The position numbers and the translations under genes are program-made. From NCBI GenBank assembly GCA_973895155.1, contig OZ316895.1, forward strand, positions 5,149,181-5,213,180: a DNA stretch of 64,000 nucleotides, written 5' to 3'. Each line of letters starts with the position of its first letter. Within the stretch, counting starts at the first letter, position 1. Under the pieces are notes generated by a model. That model had not been told where the DNA came from and ran no database searches. It worked only from the letters and a program-made list of their open reading frames with translations. This document shows, in pieces, positions 41,907 through 55,300 of this stretch. This DNA comes from Marsupella aquatica. Its lineage: Eukaryota; Plantae; Marchantiophyta.

Positions 41907-44900
41907 TTACTCTTCTGACTCTTCACTGTCCTCATCTCCAGATCCAAGGTCCACCACATTCTTCGACACCTCATCATCTTTAGATTGCTGAGAAGCATTT
42001 CCACCCTCACCCTCGTCTTCCGAATCAAAATTTAGAATAGCACGGAGCCTGTCCTGCTTCTTACTTCCAGGAATCTTCTTAGGAGGAGTTGGTGCAACCA
42101 CTTCTTTGTTCTGTAAAAGATCGAGGAAGACCTTACCGGAAGTATCAACAAACTCTGGCCGATTTTCCAGCCCAACAACAAAGCGACCAGAATAATCTCC
42201 AGCCACAAACGTACTACCAGAACCTACTGTCCAGTCCATAACGATATCTCCAGGAAGAGTCACCAATTCCAAAATAGTTTGCATGAAACCCACAGGCAAT
42301 CGTGAATTTCCTGCAAATTGGAGCTCAGGAGTCGGGTCATGTCGCGGCAACGAAAACCCAATAATGTTAGTGACGGAAGGGTCTTCATCATTCGATAGTG
42401 GCCGGAACTTGGGGTCTTTCGGGACCCTTCCCTTTGTCGAAATGCGGCAAAATATATTAAGAGTAAGTGTGAATATCTGCAACACAGTTTCCCAATGAAG
42501 GCAGTATAAGAAAACAGACACATATATTAGCGCTTGGCGCTAGTCAACCATTCATCCTTACGAAAGATAAGTGAATTGTAGATATAGCGAATGCTGATAG
42601 TAGCGTCGGGCGCTAGTATGTGCAAGAGGAATTGTTACCTGAGTATCAGATCGGGGCCTATACATTGGTGTAGTCATGACCACATGGTGGGTTGAAATAC
42701 ACTGGAAACACTTAGAATCCTGGCAAGCCGCAATCACTTCAGATACCTGATCATAGTCTCCTCTATGTAAAATTGCAAGTAGGCCATCGTTTGCAAGGAA
42801 CGGCTCCATGGCTCGGAAGAAAGAGCTGGGAATAGTGTAATCCTGAAGGTTCCACTTGGGAACCTTCCGATCAAGAAGTGTTGGTTTTAATCTAGTGGGA
42901 ATGTAGATGAAACCAGCATCCACACCAAAGCCCCTCTCTTTTCCGCCACGCATTACTCCCTTCTCTCTGTCTCCTGACTTTACCAATTCCTTTCCCCAGG
43001 CCTCAACTTTAGTAACCCACATGAGCTTCATCCCCTTGTTAAATACCGAATCGTAAAATTCGTTTAAATTGGACTCCACAAAACAGTGTCTAGAACACCT
43101 TTGCTTAAATTCTCGACATCTCTTTGGAGTCCATAGGAAATAACGTCTCGAGTAGATGATGCTGCTCTGTCCTCACCGGCGCCTCTCTTTTTCTTTTTCT
43201 TCGTGCTAGTTGCGTCAAGAGGGACAATGGATTTGCCAGCACCATCCGGGGTCCCTTGATCCGGGGTTTCTTGAGCTCCAGTGTTTGCCTCCGATGCCTG
43301 AGGAGTTGCATCATTCTTCCCTTCGGCAGCCGGGACCTCCGTGTCGGAATTTCGACCTCCTGTTAGGCACAGAAACTTGAATGAGTCCAACCTTTCAGAC
43401 TAGCGCCAGGCGCTATTAATCAAAGGAATTTCCAAATGAAACTCCTGCAAAAGCAGCGCCAACAAGTAACCAAAAAGCGCTTAGACTACTCACTTTTCTT
43501 GAAGGACCTTGTGGAGTCACTTGGTGCAGCCGACTCATTCTTCGCCTTTGCTCTTGGCTTACGGCTTCGGTCAACGTGCATGACAAGAGACTCACAATTC
43601 TTCTGTAACTCAGATGCAGATTCGTCAACATCAGACTGGAGACCTTGCTTCATTGCAGACACATAGTTGGCAGGGATCTGGGACTTCTGCAACTTCATGA
43701 AGGCATCCTTCTCAGCTTCGTCGAACGGTAAATCCCATTTGTCTGTGTCGAGGTACCACGGACAGTGAAGTCTCTCCCACTCCGACAATGAACGTGGTGG
43801 AAACTTTCCCTCCGCTGGGTACATCAAATAAAGGTCGGCAAGAGCGTCTCCCTCTTCGATAGACACCCATTTCTGAAATGCAGTCAGGTATGCCCACAGA
43901 GTGTCAGGAGATCTAAGCTCCATCCACATGTAAAACCGGTATAGATATCGTTTGGCTCTCTTCCGATTCCGCTCTGTGTAATCTTCCTTGTCCGCATATT
44001 TGGAAGGCCACAAGTTGTTGAAAATTTTTGCCTTGACAAGATCCCCAAAGTTTCTGAATTCATCGAGAATGATCTTAAGCATGGCCTCCATTGACTCACA
44101 CCCAGACTTTGTGAGACGGTCAGCCGGCATCCGGTCAGAAATCTGTTTGAAAGAAGTGTGAAGCATTCCAATTGCAATTCCCTCCACAGAATTCCAAGTA
44201 TGCCATGTATGGCACCACTGCTTCACAGGCTCGTCGTTGACACTTGCAGGATGGAAAAACTGTTTCCGAATCTTGGGAGTGCAGTGGGCTACTAGAAGGG
44301 TGCACCTCAATTTTGGATCCAGGTATGAAACAGCAGTAAACAACCTGGCTCGATCCATTGTGCATACAACTGTGTCTGGCTTCTTCTCCCGTTTGTTCTT
44401 CTCAGTTACGGGATACATCTCAGCACAGGTTCCCAAATAATCTCCAAAATCCGGATGAAGTAAAGGGGTGATCTTCGTCACTTTGATCGACCAATCTTTG
44501 GTCGCCTCCTTCATCATTGCCTCATGCCTCTTTGTGGTCTCCTCTTCTGACCAAGAAGCCCCTTGAGCTTTGGCTAAAGCCATATCAGACTTAAATTGAT
44601 TTGAGTAAGACTTGATTTTGTCCACACACAGAATGTAGATGAGAGCATCCTATGGCATTTTATGTGTAAACCAAGACCCCTTTCTCGTCTTCTTTTGGAT
44701 CGCCTCAAACTTTGCCATGTTCACGCTGTCGATGAGTGGCTTATAGTGATCAAGATCACACGACAAAATTCAGGAAATTCTGTCCGCGTCAAGAATCCAG
44801 GAAGGCTCGACGACTGCTTGTCCAAGCCTGGATGCAATGAAAAGGAATTAGTAGCGCCGGGCGCTAGCAAAAATTGGGGAACGAACACTTTTGCAAAGCA

Positions 44901-45266
44901 TGTTTGGTCCAAAATGAATGACAGGGGTAACAACAGTTAACGAATAGAACTTACTGGTTCAAGGTGTGCATTGCCGCCTCGAGCTCAACTAGCAAACCTC
45001 TGTCACCATTGAAAATGATGCAAATCACACGAGGATGATACTTCAAGTTGTCCGGATTCTCCCTCGTGATGATTGACCATGAGTACAATCGATGATTTCC
45101 GTCAAACACACAAAATATTTTATCTTTTAGAATATGGAATGTTGGGTCCGCATCACACTCTTCCTCAAACTTGTCGTTCTCTGCGACCCAGATTGGATTC
45201 CAAGAGTCCCGGATCTCGCTGGTGCATATCTGAGAAACCCCATCGGCATTCGTAGGTTGAACGTAG
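41907..45266 (-). pseudogene. 3' part of a ParB/Srx-like + N6A/N4C DNA methyltransferase-like gene; exons 45266-44955, 44827-43494, 43359-42639, 42476-41907
   Basis: FCVFDGNHRLYSW (DGNHR at 45089-45103); VDAGFIYIPT (motif IV position, ~42894-42923); RLPVGFMQTILELVTLPGDIVMDWTVGSGSTFVAGDYSGRFVVGLE (SAM-binding motif I). GT-AG introns. Premature stops consistent with CGA>TGA and CAG>TAG, plus frameshifts. Confidence 0.75.
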
Positions 45267-46377
45267 TGTCACTTGCCTCTCCAACGGTTAATACGTGCAA
45301 ACCGCACTTTTCTTCGCTTAAACCGTTGGTATCGTATTACGGGGTCGTGGAGGGACGCTATTTGGATTCTTTTCACACCAGGATGAGTATTTTGGTTTCC
45401 GCTCCCGGAAATGTAGGTTTTGATCAAGTCTACCGACTACCCTCACCCCACAGCTTTTGATCAAGTCCTGCCGACTACCCCACTACACCTTCACTCGGAG
45501 TCACCCAAAGAGTGCTGTCACCACCCCTACTCACAAGGCCGACTCAAACCAAGCAAGTTTCTTCAAATCATAGAACGGGAGAACATAATTCGGAAAGCGA
45601 AAAAGGGAGAAGGAACACACAACAAAAGCCCATCAAGTCAAATGTACAGATCCATATCTCTTGGGAAAAACGATACACATTGCATGAGTAACCCGGCCTC
45701 CTGCCGTCTACTCAACTCCTGCCTCTCCGGACAATGAGTATGGCTCCCCCTCACTACTCTGAACACGCTTTCAAACTCCTCAGGCTCCACTCTATCCCTC
45801 CTTGCTAACTTCACACTGAGTCCCCCTAACTACTTCGGGGCTATCCCCCTAAATACTGAAAAATCACACCAAAGCACCCCTCACAGGGTCACAACGGTGG
45901 CGGCTACCCTAGCGGCGCCGCTAAAACCTTGCACTAAGAGAAATCCTTAAACTGAAGAGGAGCATGCGGCACACACATGCTGCTAAAACCCTAAACCCAA
46001 AACAAGGGGGCCGACGGTGCCTTCGACGGCGCCCCAACAGTACACGTGAACCCTGAAAGTGAGAGGCACCCCAAAATGGCCGAAACTAGGTGCCCTTCCA
46101 AGTGCACACCTGAGCTCACCCCTGGATAGCTCTTCTTTTCCTGCTTCCGAATCACTAAGTCGCTCCCTCAACGGACTTCAGACGCCTGAGTTATGGCCGT
46201 TTCCGTACCGCAAAAACATAAGTTCTCCAGGCCATAACTTGCTCATCCTGGCTCCGTTTGAGGAGCGCCGCCTCTTGTTGGAATCAGCTCCGCGAGCTCA
46301 TCCCAACAAGCCCATGAGTGACCCCCCACTAAAATGTTGGAAATCTGGAGGCCGTACACCCACGTCCGTACGCCTAT

Positions 46378-48234
46378 CTAATCCTCCTCTTCTTCTTCGC
46401 TCTCGGTGCCCGGACTTGTGCCCCGTGAGTGGTCCTCCTCCTCATCACTCACGGGAGTGAGTGCCACCGTACTTTTCTTCTTCTTCGACGGAGTACTCTT
46501 AGTGCTGCTGCTCCCGCGCTTCCTCAAAGCAGCCAAGGCCTGCCACGCCTTGATGTACCCCTCACCAATTGTGTCCTTCCAGAGGGTAGCCTCTTCTCCG
46601 GACCGCAACTCCAACGGTAGAACTTGCCCCGTGGCCATGGGAGTCCCGGGGGTGACAGACCTGGGTGGCATCCCCGTACTGACCTGAGCCTCCCGTAACG
46701 ATTTCCGTACCTCCCGGAGCTTCTTCTCCAAGCTCTTACTCTTCTCCTGACTCTTCTTGGCTCCATCCAACAAGGGTCCATACTTCCCACTAACCTCCTT
46801 CACCACCATCTCGATAGCTTGGGAGATCACATCCGGGGAAAGTGTGGAGCCAGGTGTGCCGGGACTCTTCCGTTTCCCTAGACTCAGGGCCTCACTTCTC
46901 TTCGCTCGTGTCTCAAAGGCTGCCACCTGACTCCGTAGTGCTCCCACCTGGTTCCTCCACTCCATCACTTCTCCAGAATTTTGCTTCTCTTTGGCCAATG
47001 CTTGCCTCAACGCTCCTACTTCTTCTGCTTCCTTGGCCTTGGTGGACAAAGCTCCCTTCAAGTTGGTGATCTCTACGTGAGCTGCATTGATGTGCCTGAC
47101 CTTCTCATGAATGGTCTGCTCCTTGGTCTTGATCACCTCCTTCAGTGACAGGATGCTCTGCTCTAACGTCTCTACTTTGACTGTGGCGTGCTTGAGAGAC
47201 TCCCTCAATGCGTGGACTAGCTTGAGTCCCTCGTGGACTCCCTCTCTGAAATCCCGTAGCTCTGCCAAGTAAACATCCGGAATGTTGTATTCCAGAGGCT
47301 GTTTCGGATCTCCCACGAGTGATTCAAGCCACTCCAATGTGCAATCATCCTCCTGGTTCTCTTCTTCTCTATTATCCTCCCCACCAGCAGACAATGATTC
47401 CTCCGTGAGCTTCCCTAAAACGGTAGTGGCAATACTCCGGATCTCCGTGGTGAGAGATGATCCCGTGTCTTCATGCCCCGGAGAACCAATCAACCCTTCT
47501 GCCCTGGCCAATACAAATGACCCCATCAAATGTACAGCCCCACCTGGTTTCACACTCCCGGGCTCAGCGGCCAATAGCTTCTTCAATCCGTAGCACCACC
47601 ATCCGTACACATGGGCTGGGTAGTTCTTGATGTCCATAGCTACCACGAAATGCTCCTCATTCAGCACTCCGGATTGCACGTTGCCAAGAACCCGTTGATG
47701 CACCTTGGCCAGGAAGCCCTTATACTCAACATCCTTGACAGCAGAAAGAGGGATGGCGGTGGTGGAGGTAGGATTGGTCACCCAAGTGGCCACCATTTTC
47801 AACGTGAGTTCTCCCCTGATATTCCGAGGTATGAATGAGAATTTCTGATTCTCAAGAAACAATAGCTTAGCCAACTCCACATGGGGCACTACACGTTTGA
47901 GACATTCAAAGTAGATTCCCTCCGTTCGGAACTCCATCCCGGCCTCAATGTCCCAGCTCTTCCCTGAAGGGATGGTAATCTCCACCTTCATGAATTCTGT
48001 AAGCCCGGTGGCTTGGAAAATGTTCCGACAATCCTCCATCACCTTGGTGGAGGTCTTGGGATAAATTCGACGAAAAATCTTCCTACCCACCGGTGAGGAA
48101 CCCGCTGCCAATCCCGTGCTCATCATAACTTCTCTCTCTTCCCTTTCCCGTGTAATCCGAGTCTCCACGTAGTCACGGTAAGCAGCCTTGTATCTCCGAA
48201 TGCGTGACGCACTAAACTCTGGTTGATCTAGCAT
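46378..48234 (-). CDS. 618-aa LTR-encoded protein of unknown function (globular N-terminus, coiled coil, basic NLS-like motifs, acidic tail), 3' LTR copy
   Basis: Intact ATG-to-stop ORF, same strand as gag-pol. Heptad-rich segment LRESLKHATVKVETLEQSILSLKEVIK...; GKRKSP and SKKKKS motifs; EEEEED tail. Confidence 0.85.
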   Translation of the reverse strand: MLDQPEFSASRIRRYKAAYRDYVETRITREREEREVMMSTGLAAGSSPVGRKIFRRIYPKTSTKVMEDCRNIFQATGLTEFMKVEITIPSGKSWDIEAGMEFRTEGIYFECLKRVVPHVELAKLLFLENQKFSFIPRNIRGELTLKMVATWVTNPTSTTAIPLSAVKDVEYKGFLAKVHQRVLGNVQSGVLNEEHFVVAMDIKNYPAHVYGWWCYGLKKLLAAEPGSVKPGGAVHLMGSFVLARAEGLIGSPGHEDTGSSLTTEIRSIATTVLGKLTEESLSAGGEDNREEENQEDDCTLEWLESLVGDPKQPLEYNIPDVYLAELRDFREGVHEGLKLVHALRESLKHATVKVETLEQSILSLKEVIKTKEQTIHEKVRHINAAHVEITNLKGALSTKAKEAEEVGALRQALAKEKQNSGEVMEWRNQVGALRSQVAAFETRAKRSEALSLGKRKSPGTPGSTLSPDVISQAIEMVVKEVSGKYGPLLDGAKKSQEKSKSLEKKLREVRKSLREAQVSTGMPPRSVTPGTPMATGQVLPLELRSGEEATLWKDTIGEGYIKAWQALAALRKRGSSSTKSTPSKKKKSTVALTPVSDEEEDHSRGTSPGTESEEEEED

Positions 48235-48655
48235 CCATGCATCCCGAAATCAATTTCTCAATCACCAATCCCGTCACCCGTGGCAATGTCAATTCCCTGG
48301 CCCGAAACAGCCCCCGTAGCCCGATCACTTAAATTCTCTCAATTTCCCGTCACTACTCCGTGCGGCCGCCACTAATGCCTGGAAGAATGACGCCAGCAAG
48401 CCCCACTAATCCACCATGAAAGAGAGAGCTTCAAAAATAATTAGAATCTGGAGAGAGCTTCCGGCAAGAGAGAGAAGAACCCCGTTTTTGCTTTCGGCAA
48501 TGAGAGGGTCGTGCAAAAGGAAGAGGGAAAGAAAAAGGAAGGAAAAAAAAATAGAACCGAAAAAACTCCTGGCGCCTTCGCCATGCGCCCCGGCCCATTT
48601 CTCGGGCCTTACCCTTGCGTCCTCCTGCGCGCGGCCCTATGCAGGGCGCGCGGCC

Positions 48656-48983
48656 ATTCCTCCCGGCTCGCGGGAGGCCCTTCAACTCCCCCCCGCTCGC
48701 GTGATCCTCCCAGCTCGCGGGAGGCCCTTTAACTCCCCCCCGCTCGCGTGATCCTCCCAGCTCGCGGGAGGCCCTTTAACTCCCCCCCGCTCGCGTGATC
48801 CTCCCAGCTCGCGGGAGGCCCTTTAACTCCCCCCCCCCCGCTCGCTTGCGCTCCTTCAGCTCGCGGAGCCTCATTAATTGCCCGGGCACGCAGCCCTATG
48901 GGCTCGCGAGGCAGCCCCTTCAGCTCGCGGAGCCCCATTAATCGCCCGGGCACGCAGCCCTATGGGCTCGCGAGGCAGCCCCT
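48656..48983. repeat. GC-rich tandem repeats in the LTR: ~4 x 47 bp then 2 x 64 bp (also at ~59353-59680)
   Basis: Unit aactcccccccgctcgcgtgatcctcccagctcgcgggaggcccttt with starts at 48684, 48731, 48778 and 48825. The second unit cagctcgcggagcc...gcagcccctt starts at 48857 and 48921. Confidence 0.92.
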
Positions 48984-49309
48984 CTTTCTCTCGGACGGCC
49001 ACTAATGGGACTCGCCCTCCTGAGGAGGGATTTATTTAAAAAAAAACCCCCCCCTCTCCTGACTTTGCAATGGGGGTCTCAACAATAGCTCTTGAAGCAA
49101 AACGGTAAGTCCTATGGGGCTGGTCCTGGCTAGTTTCAAGGTCCCAAAATATTTGCCCACTTAGGTCGCCGCAAATCTTAGAACTATTATGAGAGAAAGA
49201 ATATAAAGTCACCTGGGGCATCATCAACCTATAATGACGGAATTAACTAAAAATTAAAAAATGGCTTATTTACATTGACTATTAACAAGGTATCGGCCTT
49301 TGCAACCAG

Positions 49310-52300
49310 TTATGTGTGACTTCCCGTGACGGGGTACCCGTCACATAGCTCCTCTCTTAATTGCGAAGCGCCCCCGCGAGCACCATACTCTTCCTCCGTG
49401 TAGTACTTCTTTAGGCGCTCTTGATTGATCCGTGTGTTGAGTAGTTGCCCCTCCAATGTCTTGAGTTGAACCGAGCCGTTGGAGTAGACGGCATCCACTA
49501 CGTAGGGTCCCATCCACCGTGTATGCAACTTCCCGGGGAAATGCATGAAGCGGCTATCGTAGAGGAGCACCAAATCTCCCTCCTCAATGGACACACGACG
49601 GAGATGGGAATCGTAATGTGACTTGCGTTTGCCTTGCTCCTGCTCCGTATGTGTCAAAGCCTCTTCTCGTGTCTCCGTGAGTTGCTCCAACTGTTGGATC
49701 CGTGAAGCGACACTTTCTTCTGCCCCTTCCCTTTCCCGTGTTAGGATTCGAATGGTTGGAACCTCAAATTCCACCGGCACAAGAGAGTGTTGTCCAAACA
49801 CAAGGAAATAGGGGCTGTGGCCCGTGGTAGTCTTGTGAGCCAGGTTGTAAGCGTAAGTGGCAGCCAACAACTTCAAATCCCAATCGGTCTTGTGAGCGGA
49901 TACCGTTTTGTTGAGGATCTTGCCCATGATCCCGTTGGCTCTCTCAGTGAGCCCGTTGGCTCGAGGGTGGTACGGAGTGGTCTTCCTATGTGAGATCAAG
50001 TAGTTCTCCGTCAAACGTTCAATCGTATGATTGAGGAAGTGAGTACCCCTGTCACTTACCAACTCCAATGGTGGACCAAATCGTGTAAAAATCTGCTCAT
50101 ACAAAAAACGTGCCGTGGTGTTGGCATCATCCTTGGCAGTAGCTCGGGCCTCCACCCACTTGGTGGCATAGTCCGTTGCAAGAATGATGTAGCGCTTCCT
50201 CCCTCTTCGTGTGATGGGAGTGAAAGGGCCAATGAAGTCCACCCCCCACTTCTCAAAGGGTGCAAGAGGAAGTATGGGCACCAATGGGTGTCGTGAGGAG
50301 GGCCCTGGTTTGCCTTGACGCTGGCACGGATCACATCGCTGGATGTACCGGTGTACATCCCGAAAGAGAGTTGGCCACCAATATCCAGCATCTAGTATTT
50401 TCCTTGCGGTGGTCTCCCGTGCAAAGTGGCCACCAGCTTCCTCCTCATGTAATGCTGCCATGACTGTACGTATCTCCGCTTCCTCCAAACAACGACGAAG
50501 TCGGCCATCCATGCCGTACTTGTGAAGTACTCCCTTCACAAGCAAGTAGGGACCTGTCTTACGCAAAAACACTGCTGCTCTCTCCGGGCCCAAACGTGAG
50601 GGAACTCTAGCCGTGCGGAGAAATTCCAAAATTTCTCCATACCAAGTAGTGGCCTCTGTATTCACGCTGAACACTTCCTCATCCGGGAACCGATCATCAA
50701 TCTCCTGGGAGTCAGATGCTCCCTCAATACGGGAGAAGAAGTCTGCATTGCTATGACTCTTCCCCGATCTTACTCTCACCTCATAGTTGAACTCTTGTAG
50801 CAACAAAACCCAACGTGCAATTCTCCCGGACAGATCTGGCTTGTTGACCATGTATTTCAAGCTGTTGTGATCCGTGTGGAACACAACCTTGTACCCCAAC
50901 AAATAATGACGATACTTCTTACAAGCGTAGATGATACCAAGTGCCTCCCTATCGGTGGGTGAGTAGTTTTTCTCTGCCGGGGCCAACTGCCTACTGGCAA
51001 AGTAGATGGGATGGTCTCTTCCATCATCATCTAACTGACTCAAAACGGCACCGATGCAAAATCCTGATACGTCTACGTAAACATGGAATTCCTTATTCCA
51101 ATTGGGCGTAATGAGCACGGGGGCCTCTAGCAATCGTTTCTTCAATTCATCAAAAGCAGCCTGACGGGAAGGAGTAGGTTCAAACTCACTTCCTTTTTTC
51201 AACATGGAAGTGAGTGGCATGGCTACCTTGGCAAAGTCTTTGATGAAGCGTCGGTAGTAGCCAACACACCCCAAGAACCCTCTCACTTCCTTCACATTCT
51301 TGGGAAATGAGACTGCTACCCACACGGCGACCTTCTCACGATCAACTTCAATCCCTCGTGCAGACACTTTGTGGCCCAATAGGATTCCCTCCTCAATTCC
51401 AAAGAAACATTTCTCCGGATGCAGCTTCAGGCAAGTCTCCCGGCACCGCTGAAAAGTCAACCGTAAGTGTTCCGGATGCTTGACTCGTTTGCCGTAGACA
51501 GCAAAGTCATCAATAAAGATCTCCAAGAACCTGCGTAAAAAGTCATGAAATATATTCATCATGAGCCGTTGGAACATGCCAGGGGCATTGCACAACCCAA
51601 AAGGCATTCTCCGGAATGCAAAAATCCCCCACTCTGTTGTGAAAGCCGTCTTGAGTTGGTCCTCCTCCCGTATCCAGATTTGGTTGTACCCAGAGTAGCC
51701 ATCCAAGAAGCTGTATATCTCCCAACCTGCTACCATGTCCAACACGATATCCGTGAACGGTAGCGGGTAGTGATCCTTCTTGGTCGCATCATTCAACTTT
51801 CGAAAATCTTGGCACACCCGTATTTTCACCTTCCCGTCTGGCCCCTTTTTCTTGGGCACGATTACGATGGGTGACACCCACTCACTATGCATGACCGGAT
51901 AAATGAATCCTGCATCCAACAAACGGTCAATCTCCTCCTTCACCATGAGTGAGTATTTGGGGTTGAGGCGGTATTGGCGTTGCCTCACAGGTCGTGCTCC
52001 TGACATCAGGTCAATGCTGTGCTCACCAAACTCAGGTGGCACTCCTTTCAAATCTTGGTGGCTCCACGCAAATACGTCTTGGTACTCTTTCAACAATTCC
52101 TGAATCGTGCGTTGCTCCGTAGCATCCAACTTACTACCAATGTTGAGTGTCTTGCCCTCACCCACTTCCACCTTTGTGTACTGCTCCGGCCTGATCACGT
52201 CCAACTTGTTGCGTGTCTCCTCATCAAAGGTTTCTTCCAACCGTGCGAGCCTCATCCCTCCATACACCGGTGCATCACTCTCCTCCTGGTCTGGTCGGGA

Positions 52301-55300
52301 TGGAGGTGGATCCTTTGTCACATGGGCCATTATTTCTTCAACGTCAGATTCTTTGTAATGTGACAATAGCTCCTCTCTAAAGTCATCATCCAGGATGTCA
52401 TTCAAAAACTGCTCTCTTTGCTCATCATCAAACATGATCGTGTGGGCTTGCATTTCCACCTCCTCGGGGTGATCCTCTGCCTCCCTATCATGAATCTCTA
52501 GAGGTTCAGCCTCCACAATTTTGCTTCGCTCGTCTTCCATCTCTTCTAGAACAGCGTGCACTTGGCTAACTGATTCCTCTACTGCATGCTCTTGAGTAGC
52601 AACTCCGGGGCCAAAAACATCTTCCTCCGTGAGGTGAGAAATCAGTTTCACCATGTATACTTCATCCTCGTCTTCATCTGAGGTGACCTCTGAATCATAT
52701 TCCTCCTCCATAGTCGTAGTCTCCCCGTGAGGTGACTCCGCTGACCATGGAATAGTGATAGTGGGGATACCAAACCGAAACTGCCGTTTGCCCCAATCAC
52801 TTGTGACCTTGGCCACATACAACCATGGCCTGCCAATTAAAATGGGAAAACCGTACGGCCGAACGGGTCGCATCACCAAATAGTTGAGGGGGAAAGATTT
52901 TCCCCCAATCATTGTTGGAATCTTGGTGAGACACCCCAACGGCACCACCCGTGCACCATCAGCCAACCTCATGGCACGTGCCGGTGGTTCTAACTCTGTA
53001 TACCCCAACCGGTTTGCCGTCTCCTCAGTCATGATGTTGACTCCCGAGCCCCCGTCCACCGGTACAAACCGTATTGCACATCCATTGATGTCCACCGTGA
53101 GTTCTGGGGCACCCAAATCCTCCGTGACCCAGTTGACTTGTATGGGGTCAGCCCCAACTTTGGGTAACCTTCTTCTACGTCTCCTCCTCATGAGAATCTC
53201 CTTGACTTGGCGACGGTATAGGGAGCTATCCCGTAATAGTTGACCAATTGTGGCACTGACTGGGCAATCCAGAATGTCTTGAGCAATGTTGTACGCGGTT
53301 GCAGGAGGTATGGGTGGGATGACCTCTTCTCCCGGTTTCCAACGAACAACCCTCTCCTCCGCTTTCTTTCTGGCCTTTGCCTCCTCCATGTCTTTGTCAA
53401 TGGCCGCTTGCATGGCTTGTGCTTCTAGCTCCTCCAACTGCTTACGTACCTCTTCTCCCACCTTCGGATAGAACAACTTGGGGTTGTCCCGATCAAAGTC
53501 ACTATCCTCCATGGGTGGCACCTCCGGTTCGTGTGAGGTACCCGATGTGGAAGCTTGATGCACCTCCTTGTACTTCTGCTTGAGCTCGGACTTGCCCTTC
53601 TTTTTGCCGGATCGAGTGGAGACTCGGTAACAAGAGTAATGCCTTCTCTCCTCGTCGCTGTCTTCCTCCGGTAGATTCTCAGCATGAGTCCACTCATGAC
53701 TTGGGGGTGAGGGGTTAGCAACTTCAACTTCCGTAGATGTTGCAACAACAACCACCGGTATCTCAACAACTGGAGATACTACAACGACTAGCGGTACCAC
53801 CTCCTCCGTTATGGTGGTCATCCTTTGCTTGGGAATGTTCACTACGGTTTCTTCTCTTCTAGTGATTAGAGGGGTGTCGACTGCTTCCGTGGTGAGAAAG
53901 TTGACGCTAGCTTCTTTCAGAGGAGGTGGCGGCCCCTTCTTCTCTTGTGCCCCAATCGGTTGAGCCTTGAACGCCTCCAAGGTTGGGCAGTGTGGTGCAA
54001 GATGACCCTCCCCCTTGCATAGTTGACACAGCCGGGCAAAATCTCCATTGCCTTGACGGGTGGGCTCTGGGCACACATTAGCGTAGTGGCCCGCCACTCT
54101 ACAATTGTAACAAATAGGGATCTTCCTCACTCCAGGGTACGGTGGTCGATTCCCTGGGTTAGCGTTGGGATAGTTGGAGTATGCGGGTGCTCGGGCGTTT
54201 GTTGAAACTCCATGAATGCTCCGTGGTCCCGGGTTGAGAGGTTGTACACTATACACGTTGGCCTCTGGTGGCTCCTCCATGAAGTACTCTATTGGCCCTT
54301 CCGCTGCATATGAAGGATTTGAGTAGCTTGCCCCCTCAACATCCTCCTCCCGTACTTGGAAAACCTTGGCTGGTTCTCCCGCTGGGCACTCCTTCGGGGC
54401 ATGACCAAACTTCATGCACTTGGTGCACCACACATTGGCTCTCTCCACCGGAACTTTTCTCCTCTCAGGTTTGAGTCCGGCAAAATGTACTTTCAACGCT
54501 TTCATTTGCTCCGTCAGCTCATCATATCTGGCCTCTTGCTCCTTCAGGCGTCTTGCCGTAGACAATGGTGTAACGGCCACCGTGGGTAGTATCACTTCAC
54601 GGTGAGAGGACTTCTTGACTTTCTTTGACAACTTCTTCTTCTTCCTCCTTCGTCTTTCAGCTTCTGACTCCGTAGTGTCTGACTCTGTAGTACTCTCAGA
54701 ATCCTCAGATTCATCACTACTATCTGAATCAGATCCACTCGACTCCTCACTGGAGGAACTGTCAACCGGCTTCAGCTTCTTTCTTCGGCAACGCTTGCTT
54801 GTGGCATCAGCTGCGGTGTATGACTCCGCTGCTGCAATAGCTTCAGCCAATGTGGTTGGCTTGGCTTGACGTACAAAGAACCCCATCTTGCTTGGTAGGG
54901 CAGCCACAAACCAGGCTTGACGCATAGCATCATCGGTACGGGCTTGGATCCGACGTACCAGCTTTTGGAACCTTTGCAAAAACCTCCGTAATGACTCCTT
55001 CTTCTTCATCCTGAGTTGGCCCACCTTTAATAGTGAGGTGGCCTCCACTCCTATGGATCTGAACTCCTTCAAGAAGGCTTGCTTGAACAGAGCCCAATCA
55101 GCTTTCACGTTGGCCAACAACGAAATGAACCATGGACCTGCCTCCCCTCTCATCATTCCAGGAATGATAGTGAGCTTATGTGCAGACTCCCCATTAGCTT
55201 CGGCAATCCCTTCAAACTCCTCAATCCATTCGTCTGGATCATCCTTTGGTCTCCCCTTGAAGGGTACGTACTGAACACGGGTACGTTGTGCAGCTGCCAT

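Larger units (their letters stand above)
45267..49345 (-). repeat. 3' LTR (4079 bp)
   Basis: Matches 55964-60041 at offset 10697. The differences I found are one substitution (I/T codon near 45586) and one C in a homopolymer run. Confidence 0.97.

Noticed and set aside
45910-45923. TAGCGGCGCCGCTA palindrome in the LTR as another copy of the dispersed motif
   Set aside because: It is 14 bp with a different arm and no 3-nt spacer, belongs to the unrelated LTR element and is not counted.
46378-48234. 618-aa ORF as an envelope protein
   Set aside because: No signal peptide or clear transmembrane helix; the protein is hydrophilic with coiled coil and NLS-like motifs.
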